Part shown: positions 37,288 to 44,886 of the stretch, piece by piece
Numbering within the stretch: position 1 is the stretch's first letter
Layout: the number at the start of each line of letters is the position of its first letter
From: Clostridium sp. CAG:762
Lineage (GTDB): Bacteria; Bacillota_I; Bacilli_A; RF39; UBA660
NCBI GenBank assembly: GCA_000432575.1
Contig: HF996832.1
Span: 4,632-68,631 of the forward strand
DNA length: 64,000 bases
Reading direction: 5' to 3'
Notes under the pieces: model-generated
Databases searched by the model: none
Told to the model about the DNA's origin: nothing
The model's input: the letters and a program-made list of their open reading frames with translations, nothing else
Program-made: the position numbers and the translations under genes

Positions 37288-37656
37288 ATGAGATTAAATA
37301 ATAAAGGGTTTAGTCTAATTGAAATTCTTTCTGTTATTTTAATATTATCTATTATTTTAGCTATTGCTATTCCTGATACTACTTATAGTATTAAAAAAGG
37401 AGAAGATAAGATTTCTTCGATAAATGATGAGGTTATTTTATCGGCTGCGAATATTTATGTAGAGGAATTTCAAGATGAACTTAATTGGTATATGGATAAT
37501 AATCTTAAAATAGCATGTTTTTCTACTTATAAATTAGAAGAAAAAGGTTATTTAACGAACGATAATTTAAAGAGTTATCGTGGCAAATATATTAAAGTAA
37601 TGCAAAATAATGGGTTAAATTCTTATTATTTTACTGATACTTGTAATAATTTATAA
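37288..37656 (+). CDS. Prepilin-type (type IV pilin/pseudopilin-like) protein, orphan
   Basis: MRLNNKG|FSLIEILSVILILSIILAIAIP is the class III signal and N-methylation motif with Glu at +5. ATG 37288 follows GAGGTAGATAGG. Confidence 0.8.
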   Translation: MRLNNKGFSLIEILSVILILSIILAIAIPDTTYSIKKGEDKISSINDEVILSAANIYVEEFQDELNWYMDNNLKIACFSTYKLEEKGYLTNDNLKSYRGKYIKVMQNNGLNSYYFTDTCNNL

Positions 37657-37708
37657 TTCTAATTATAAAATATTCAAATCAATGATATAATTAAATAGGA
37701 GGAATAAT

Positions 37709-38782
37709 ATGAGAATAGTAATAAGTGCTGGTGGTACTGGGGGTCATATTTATCCCGCTTTGGCCATTTTGAATAAGATAAAAGAAAGTGATAAAGATAC
37801 AGAAGTTTTGTATATTGGTACTCATAATAGAATGGAAAGTGACTTAATCCCAAGTATGGGTATTAATTATAAGAGCCTAGAAATAATTGGGTTTAATCGT
37901 AAGAAAATATTATCTAATATTAGAACCTTAAACTTATTTTTGAAAGCAATAAAGCAAGCTAAGCAATATTTACTTGAGTTTAAACCAGATATTGTCATTG
38001 GATGTGGTGGTTATGTAACGGCTCCAGTGATATATGCCGCGAATAAACTAGGTATTAAGACTTTTATTCACGAACAGAATAGTGTTGTTGGAATGAGTAA
38101 TAAATTTTTAAGTAAATATGCTACAAAGATTGGAGTGTCATTTAAAGAAACATTAAATGCTTTTCCTAAGGATAAGGTTGTTCTTACAGGCAATCCTTGT
38201 GGAGATTATGCTACTAAGGTAAAAGAGGCCAGTAAGAAAGAATTTGGTTTAAGTAATAAGAAAAAATTAGTTTTAATTGCTATGGGTAGTTTAGGTAGTA
38301 GGACTGTTAATGATAAAATTGTATCTTATTTAAATGATTTTAAAGATAATTATGAGGTTCTTTTTGTAACGGGTAAGACTTATTATGATAAAGTTAAGAA
38401 TTTAAAGACTAAGGCAAATATTAAGATTGTTCCTTATATCAACGAATTGGTTAGGGTTTTAAAAATTACAGATGTTTTTGTAACACGTGCTGGGGCTTCC
38501 AGTATTAGTGAAATTGAGGCTTTAAAAGTACCATCTATCTTTATTCCTAGTCCTTATGTTCCAAATAATCATCAATATAAAAATGCAGATGTATTAGTTA
38601 AAAATGGGGCTGGAATTATGATTGAGGAGAGTGCTTTAACTAAAGAGAAATTACTTCATGAAATAGATACTTTATTAAACGATAAGGCTAAGTATGAAGA
38701 GATAGTTAATAATTTAAATAAGATTAAAGTAGATAATAGTTTAGATAAAATATATGAAATAATAGAAAACTTGGTGAAATGA
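37709..38782 (+). CDS. murG: UDP-GlcNAc:lipid I N-acetylglucosaminyltransferase MurG
   Basis: GGTGGHIYPALA N-terminus and the C-terminal TRAGASSISE block. Confidence 0.95.
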   Translation: MRIVISAGGTGGHIYPALAILNKIKESDKDTEVLYIGTHNRMESDLIPSMGINYKSLEIIGFNRKKILSNIRTLNLFLKAIKQAKQYLLEFKPDIVIGCGGYVTAPVIYAANKLGIKTFIHEQNSVVGMSNKFLSKYATKIGVSFKETLNAFPKDKVVLTGNPCGDYATKVKEASKKEFGLSNKKKLVLIAMGSLGSRTVNDKIVSYLNDFKDNYEVLFVTGKTYYDKVKNLKTKANIKIVPYINELVRVLKITDVFVTRAGASSISEIEALKVPSIFIPSPYVPNNHQYKNADVLVKNGAGIMIEESALTKEKLLHEIDTLLNDKAKYEEIVNNLNKIKVDNSLDKIYEIIENLVK

Positions 38783-39714
38783 TGGACTTTAATGAAAAGA
38801 TAGAGAATTTAATAAGCTATATAAGGAAGAATAAATTAGCTAAATACTTAGAAAATATTAATATAAAAATTTTTAATACATATAAAGTAAATGCTAAGGC
38901 TAGGTTAGTTGTTTTTCCTAAAGACATTCAAAGTTTAAAAAAGATAATTAAGGTTATTAAAGATAGTCATTTAAAGTATTTTACTTTAGGTAATGGTTCA
39001 AATGTTATATTTAATTTTACTTATTATGATGGTGTAATTATAAAGTTAGATAAGTTAGATAAATTAAAAATAGATAATACTTTAGTAACTGTGGGGGCTT
39101 CTTATATGTTACCTAAGTTATCTTATCAAATGGCGAAGAAAGGTTTATCAGGTTTAGAGTTTGCTTACGGTATACCTGGTTTAATTGGAGCGAGCGTGGC
39201 AATGAATGCTGGAGCCTATAAAAAAGATATGTCTAGTATAGTACGTAAGGTTAAAGTATTAACTCCCGAACTTGAAATAAAAACATTATTTAATAATAAT
39301 TTACAGTTTGCTTATCGTGATTCGTTTTTTAAACATAATAAAGGATATATTATTCTTGAGGTTACTTTAAAATTAGTAAAGAAGAATGAAATGGAGATTT
39401 TAAGTTTAATGAAAGAAAGAAAGCTGAAAAGAATCGAGACTCAACCTTTAAATTATCCTTCCGCGGGGAGTGTTTTTAGGAATCCGGATAATGGATATGC
39501 TGGTAGTTTAATTGAACAGTCTAATTTAAAAGGTTATCATATAAACGGGGCTACAGTATCTACGAAGCATGCTAATTTTATAGTTAATAAGGGAAGTTGT
39601 TCTGGTGAGGATATAGTTAAATTAATTAATCATATTAAAAAAACTATTAAAGATAATTACAACATTGATTTAATATTAGAACAAATCATTATAAATGGTG
39701 ATTACAGTGAGTAA
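38779..39714 (+). CDS. murB: UDP-N-acetylenolpyruvoylglucosamine reductase MurB
   Basis: LGNGSNV, GIPG..G..AMNAGAY and AGSVFRNP blocks. Overlaps the murG stop codon. Confidence 0.93.
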   Translation: MMDFNEKIENLISYIRKNKLAKYLENINIKIFNTYKVNAKARLVVFPKDIQSLKKIIKVIKDSHLKYFTLGNGSNVIFNFTYYDGVIIKLDKLDKLKIDNTLVTVGASYMLPKLSYQMAKKGLSGLEFAYGIPGLIGASVAMNAGAYKKDMSSIVRKVKVLTPELEIKTLFNNNLQFAYRDSFFKHNKGYIILEVTLKLVKKNEMEILSLMKERKLKRIETQPLNYPSAGSVFRNPDNGYAGSLIEQSNLKGYHINGATVSTKHANFIVNKGSCSGEDIVKLINHIKKTIKDNYNIDLILEQIIINGDYSE

Positions 39715-40402
39715 TAAGAAAATTAAGGTTAAAGTTAAAGTAAGAAAATTAAAAATTCTAAATATTATATTATGTTTACTTATTTTATATATTTGTTATT
39801 TTATAATAAGTACTATTATAAATAAAAAAATAACAAATATTTATATAACTGGTAATAATATTATTAGTGATAAAGAAATAATAAGTATTTCTAATCTAGA
39901 AGATTATCCATCTTTTGTTTTAACAAGTTCTAATAAGATAAAGAAATTATTATTACAAAATGATTATATTAAAGAAGTAGAAGTAACAAAAAAAATATTT
40001 GGTAAGATAATTATTAAGATAAAAGAAAAAAAGATATTATTTAAAGAAAAAGATACAAATAAACTAGTTTTAGAAGATAAGACTAAAGTAGATAATATTT
40101 ATAGTATAGATGAAGTTCCTATTTTAATAAATACAGTGGATTCAAGTGAGTATGATTATTTTATTAAGAAAATTAGTAAGGTAGATAGTAATATTTTACT
40201 TAAGATAAGTGAAATTGAATATGCTAAGGTTGATGTTGATAAGCAAAGGTTTTTATTATATATGAATGATGGTAATTATGTTTATATTACTTTAAGTAAG
40301 ATAGATAATTTAAATAAATATGAAGAGATATACAATAGTTTAGAAGGTAAAAAGGGAATAATATACCTAGATTCTGGAAATTATTTCGAGGAAGCAAAAT
40401 AG
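39695..40402 (+). CDS. divIB: Cell-division protein DivIB/FtsQ (POTRA domain)
   Basis: TM helix followed by ITNIYITGNNIISDKEIISISNL. Lies in the conserved position after murB. Confidence 0.7.
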   Translation: MVITVSNKKIKVKVKVRKLKILNIILCLLILYICYFIISTIINKKITNIYITGNNIISDKEIISISNLEDYPSFVLTSSNKIKKLLLQNDYIKEVEVTKKIFGKIIIKIKEKKILFKEKDTNKLVLEDKTKVDNIYSIDEVPILINTVDSSEYDYFIKKISKVDSNILLKISEIEYAKVDVDKQRFLLYMNDGNYVYITLSKIDNLNKYEEIYNSLEGKKGIIYLDSGNYFEEAK

Positions 40403-40457
40403 GTATTTACTAATTTAAAAAAAAATTATATAATTACTATAGAATTGTGAGGGTATT

Positions 40458-41183
40458 ATGGAAGATAATAAGATACCATATCATGTAGCTATCATCATGG
40501 ATGGCAATGGTAGATGGGCTAAAGAAAGAGGAAAAGTTAGAAGTTATGGACATGAGATGGGTGCTAAAACATTGAAAGAATTAGCTTTATATGCATTTTC
40601 TAAAGGAGTTAAGGTATTAAGTGTTTTTGCATTTTCAACGGAAAACTTTAAAAGAAGCGAAGAAGAAGTTGGTTTCTTAATGAATTTATTTATTAAATTA
40701 TTTAATACAGAGTTTAAAATATTTAATGAGAAAGATATTAAAGTAGTATTTTCTAAAAAAGAAAGTGGTTTACCATCTAAGGTAGAAGAAGCCATTAAAA
40801 GAATAGAAAATGATACTAAAAATAATAAAAGTGGTATCTTTAATATCTGTATAAACTATGGAGGAAGAAGTGAAATTGTTGATGCTTGCAAAAAGATAAC
40901 AAATAAAGTATTAAATAATGAAATAAGTGTAGAAGATATAAACGAAGAAGTATTTAGTGATAATTTATATAATAAATTACCTGATATCGATTTACTTATT
41001 AGAACAAGTGGTGAATATCGTATTAGTAACTTTATGATGTGGCAATTATCATATAGTGAGATGTATTTTACAGATACGTATTTTCCTGATTTTAAACCTA
41101 GTGAATTAGATAAAGCATTTATAAATTATAGTAAAAGAGATAGAAGATATGGAGGAATAAACAATGAAAAAAAGAGTTGTTAG
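40458..41183 (+). CDS. uppS: Undecaprenyl-diphosphate synthase
   Basis: HVAIIMDGNGRWA, FAFSTENFKR and IRTSGEYRISNFMMWQ. Confidence 0.96.
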   Translation: MEDNKIPYHVAIIMDGNGRWAKERGKVRSYGHEMGAKTLKELALYAFSKGVKVLSVFAFSTENFKRSEEEVGFLMNLFIKLFNTEFKIFNEKDIKVVFSKKESGLPSKVEEAIKRIENDTKNNKSGIFNICINYGGRSEIVDACKKITNKVLNNEISVEDINEEVFSDNLYNKLPDIDLLIRTSGEYRISNFMMWQLSYSEMYFTDTYFPDFKPSELDKAFINYSKRDRRYGGINNEKKSC

Positions 41184-41943
41184 TGCATTCCTTATGATTC
41201 TTATATTTGCTTTATGTATTATTATAAGCAGTAAGATATTTGCTATTTTAATGCTTATATGTGGTAATTTGTGTTTAAAGGAACTTATTGATATTAAGTA
41301 TAAAAATAAATATATAGATTTTGTTAAATTTGTTTGTTATCTATCAATATCAATACTTATTTTAAATGGTGTATTTTTTAAGTTTAATACTTTATTTACT
41401 TTGATATTTCCTATATTATCTATTATTACACCAATAATATTTTATAATGATAATAAAAAATATAATATGGAAGATAGTCTTTATCTAATTGGGATAACAT
41501 TCTTTTTAGGAATAGCTTTTAATATTATTGTTTATTTAAGAGAAATTGATATTGCTTTATGTTTATATATCTTTTTGGTGGCTTGTTTAACTGATACGTA
41601 TGCATATATTGGTGGAAGTTTAATAGGTAGACATAAATTAACAGAAATATCCCCTAAAAAAACTATCGAAGGATCCATATTAGGAAGTTTTATGGGTACT
41701 ATTTTAGCTAGTATATATTATTTAACTGTAATTGATGCTAATAATATATTTAAGGTATTATTAATGACATTTATATTAACAGTTTTAAGTGAATTTGGTG
41801 ATTTAGTATTTTCTAGTATTAAAAGACATTTTAAAATTAAAGATTATTCAAACATCATACCTGGACATGGTGGTATGTTAGATAGATTTGATAGTATAAT
41901 ATATGTAGCATTAAGCTATGTACTTGTCTTAACAATAATGTAA
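41164..41943 (+). CDS. cdsA: Phosphatidate cytidylyltransferase
   Basis: SPKKTIEGS and SSIKRHFKIKDYSNIIPGHGGMLDRFDS signature blocks. Confidence 0.93.
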   Translation: MKKRVVSAFLMILIFALCIIISSKIFAILMLICGNLCLKELIDIKYKNKYIDFVKFVCYLSISILILNGVFFKFNTLFTLIFPILSIITPIIFYNDNKKYNMEDSLYLIGITFFLGIAFNIIVYLREIDIALCLYIFLVACLTDTYAYIGGSLIGRHKLTEISPKKTIEGSILGSFMGTILASIYYLTVIDANNIFKVLLMTFILTVLSEFGDLVFSSIKRHFKIKDYSNIIPGHGGMLDRFDSIIYVALSYVLVLTIM

Positions 41944-41958
41944 GAAAGGTGGTTCGTT

Positions 41959-42999
41959 ATGACATTTATAATATTTGTATTAATTTTAGGTGCTGTGGTA
42001 TTGGTTCATGAGTTTGGACATTTTATAAATGCTAAAATATTTAAAACTTATGTATATGAGTTTTCTATTGGAATGGGAAAAAGATTATGGTATTTTAAGA
42101 AAAAAGGTGGTGAAACCGAGTATTCAATACGATTATTTCCTATCGGGGGCTTTGTACGTTTAGCAGGTGAAGAAGTAGATGATGATAAAAAAATACCTAA
42201 GAATAGAAAACTTTGGGCTAAGTCGTTTTGGCAAAGATTTCTAATTATGTTTGCAGGTGCAGGATTTAACTTTATATTTGCTATACTACTATTATTTATC
42301 ATAGGAATATCTTATGGTAGTGTTTCTACAAAACCAATAATAGGAAGTGTAAGTATGAATTATCCATCATATGAAGCAGGATTAAGAGATGGCGATACTG
42401 TTTTAAGTATAGATAATGTTAATGTTAAAACTTGGGATGATATGATTTGGGAATTAACCATGAAAAATGGTAAAGAAACTACATTCAAAGTAAAAGATAT
42501 AAATGCTAATATAAAGGAAATTAAAGTAAAACCAATTAAAGAAGTAAAAGAAAACGAAGAGAGTTATGTATATGGAATTAGCAGAGATACTACAAAATAT
42601 AGGGGATTTTCTCATGCTATAGATTATACTGTTACTAAAACAAAATCATTATTTACTGTAATGTTTAAGACTATTGGTGCTTTATTTACAGGAGGAGTTT
42701 CTGTTAAAGACTTATCTGGTCCTGTTGGTATTTATTCAATCGTAGATACCCAAAGTAAAGCAGGATTTGAAAGTTTACTATATCTTGTAGCATTTTTAAG
42801 CATTAATGTAGGTGTTATTAATTTAATACCATTCCCAGCATTTGATGGTGGAAGAATATTATTTTTAATAATTGAAAAAATCAAAGGAAAACCAGTAGAT
42901 CCTAAAATAGAAAATACTATTCATAGTATAGGTTTCTTCTTGTTATTAGCATTAATTATATATGTTACATTCAATGATATATTGAGATTATTTAGTTAA
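41959..42999 (+). CDS. rseP: M50 site-2 protease RseP/RasP
   Basis: HEFGHF in TM1, a PDZ segment (GLRDGDTVLSIDN), and NLIPFPAFDGGR. Confidence 0.93.
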   Translation: MTFIIFVLILGAVVLVHEFGHFINAKIFKTYVYEFSIGMGKRLWYFKKKGGETEYSIRLFPIGGFVRLAGEEVDDDKKIPKNRKLWAKSFWQRFLIMFAGAGFNFIFAILLLFIIGISYGSVSTKPIIGSVSMNYPSYEAGLRDGDTVLSIDNVNVKTWDDMIWELTMKNGKETTFKVKDINANIKEIKVKPIKEVKENEESYVYGISRDTTKYRGFSHAIDYTVTKTKSLFTVMFKTIGALFTGGVSVKDLSGPVGIYSIVDTQSKAGFESLLYLVAFLSINVGVINLIPFPAFDGGRILFLIIEKIKGKPVDPKIENTIHSIGFFLLLALIIYVTFNDILRLFS

Positions 43000-43021
43000 A
43001 GTGGTTAATCCACTTTTTTTA
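42998..43021 (+). terminator. Terminator after rseP
   Basis: AAAGTGG-ttaat-CCACTTT followed by a T-run. Confidence 0.8.
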
Positions 43022-43053
43022 GCCTTTTTGAAAACGAAAATATTAAAATAGTA

Positions 43054-43082
43054 TTGACAATAAATAATATAAATAGTAAAAT
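43054..43082 (+). promoter_or_regulatory. Sigma-A promoter of the surface-protein locus
   Basis: TTGACA-17 nt-TAAAAT. Confidence 0.6.
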
Positions 43083-43166
43083 TAAGTCATAAGAATAGCA
43101 AATGAAAGTAGGTGTTTAAAATGAATAGAATATATCCAATAAATAACAGTATCCAAACATCTGTAT

Positions 43167-43175
43167 GGGGGGGGG
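43167..43175 (+). repeat. G9 homopolymer inside a 20-codon leader ORF (43121-43183)
   Basis: Nine consecutive G in an otherwise AT-rich leader, read directly from the sequence. Confidence 0.95.
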
Positions 43176-43240
43176 CAGTATAAATATTCTATTATTTTAA
43201 ATACTAAAAAAATAAATTTAAAAGATAAACTAACTGATAT

Positions 43241-43266
43241 TAGTACTTTTTAAGTGCTAGTTTTTG
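43241..43266 (+). terminator. Leader terminator/attenuator-like hairpin upstream of the 43308 gene
   Basis: TAGTACTT-ttt-AAGTGCTA (one G-U pair) followed by GTTTTTGGTTAGTTTTTT. Confidence 0.45.
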
Positions 43267-43307
43267 GTTAGTTTTTTGTTATATTTTTATAAGAATGGAG
43301 ATGTATT

Positions 43308-44813
43308 ATGAAGGATTTATTTATGGATAAGAAAAAAAGAAATATAATTATAGCAACTATTTTTTCATTAATATTAACGATAACAGGTACTACTTATGCT
43401 TATTTTAGTTGGCAAAGTAATAATAATCCTTTAGTAGATATAACTGTAGAAGATATGGCTGATATAATATTTAAAGGTGGTAATGATCTTAAGGCTACAG
43501 GAATTGGACCTGTTTTAAATTATAATGATGGAGAAAAAATTGAATTTACTGTAAAAAAGAAAATTGATAATCCAATATATGGTTCTGTTAGGGTTACTCC
43601 TAAAATATTGCCTGATGAATTTAAGGCTACTTATTTTAAGTGCAAATTATTATCTAGTACTGATAATACAACATGGAATGAATTAACAGAATTTGATTTT
43701 ACTGATAAAAATATTGATATAACGTATACCGTATATAAAGGAATAATTAACGATAATTTTACCTATTTTAAGATGATTTTTTATATCGATGGAACAGTTT
43801 ATAATTCTAATGATTTACAAGGAAAAACATTTGAAGTAGTTACTGATGTATCTTTTTCAGATAGTAAGTGTGATATTATGAAGAAAAATGATGATAATAG
43901 TATTACTTATGAGGGAAACAAATGGTATCAAATAGCAGAAGATGATACTTCAACAACATTAGTTTTAGCGGGTAATTCCGGTACAGGTTCATATGGTCAA
44001 TATACGACCATAGATGCCGATTATTGGAATAATAAAAGTTTTGTTAAAACCAATGTAAATGAATTTCTAACTGAAGCTACCATTGATACTGATTGTTTAA
44101 TAAATGATGAAACTTATGGATATGTAAGAGTACCTTTTAAAAGTGAACTTAGTACAAATATGCCTAATGATAGTAACACTCCATTTTGGACGATGGATAG
44201 CATTGATAATAATTATGTGGCAGTAGGTAAAGCAGATGGGACTTTATATGAAGGATGGAATCAAGTGAATGACACTTTTGTACAAACTGTAGCTTTATTG
44301 GGCAATACTTATTCAGGCGGACCACATGGCTCAGTTAGTGAGGGGCAACGTTTCTTGTGGGTTAGGTATGCTACTATTTCAAGAGAATGGGGTGCCTTAA
44401 AATTTAATCCATTTGGAAATGCTTATAATTTTGATCAAGAAAGTACGGTTTATTATGGAGAAGGTGGCGGAGTTGAAACGACAGTTGAAGATGTTATTGA
44501 TTGTTTAGATTCTACAAAAAGCTATTATAGTTATTCTTGGTATACATCTAGTTTTTCTAATAATACATATAGAGAGACAGCTAGTGTGTGTACAGAAGTT
44601 GGACAAAAAACAGTTTATTTGTGCCATGAGGTAGCATGCTGTAAATACGGTTCTAAAAATTCTTCTGTTAATGGAGGAAGTACTTCCTATAGTTATAAAG
44701 ATTTCACTTATAACACATTCAATTCTTGTAAATCCACTACTGAATATAAACCAACTACAGTAAGTGAAACAATTGGATACCGACCTGTAATAAAAGTAAA
44801 AAAACAATCTTAA
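43308..44813 (+). CDS. Secreted protein with a TasA/camelysin-type (SipW-cognate-like) signal peptide
   Basis: KKKRNIIIATIFSLILTITGTTYAYFSW N-terminus, a beta-rich N-domain paralogous to that of the next gene, and a C-terminal Cys-rich region ending IGYRPVIKV. Confidence 0.65.
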   Translation: MKDLFMDKKKRNIIIATIFSLILTITGTTYAYFSWQSNNNPLVDITVEDMADIIFKGGNDLKATGIGPVLNYNDGEKIEFTVKKKIDNPIYGSVRVTPKILPDEFKATYFKCKLLSSTDNTTWNELTEFDFTDKNIDITYTVYKGIINDNFTYFKMIFYIDGTVYNSNDLQGKTFEVVTDVSFSDSKCDIMKKNDDNSITYEGNKWYQIAEDDTSTTLVLAGNSGTGSYGQYTTIDADYWNNKSFVKTNVNEFLTEATIDTDCLINDETYGYVRVPFKSELSTNMPNDSNTPFWTMDSIDNNYVAVGKADGTLYEGWNQVNDTFVQTVALLGNTYSGGPHGSVSEGQRFLWVRYATISREWGALKFNPFGNAYNFDQESTVYYGEGGGVETTVEDVIDCLDSTKSYYSYSWYTSSFSNNTYRETASVCTEVGQKTVYLCHEVACCKYGSKNSSVNGGSTSYSYKDFTYNTFNSCKSTTEYKPTTVSETIGYRPVIKVKKQS

Positions 44814-44886
44814 TTAAACAAAGTCTTTGAACATACAAGTTTTTCTTAACAATATAATTGGCATATATAAAAAGTGAGGGAATGTA

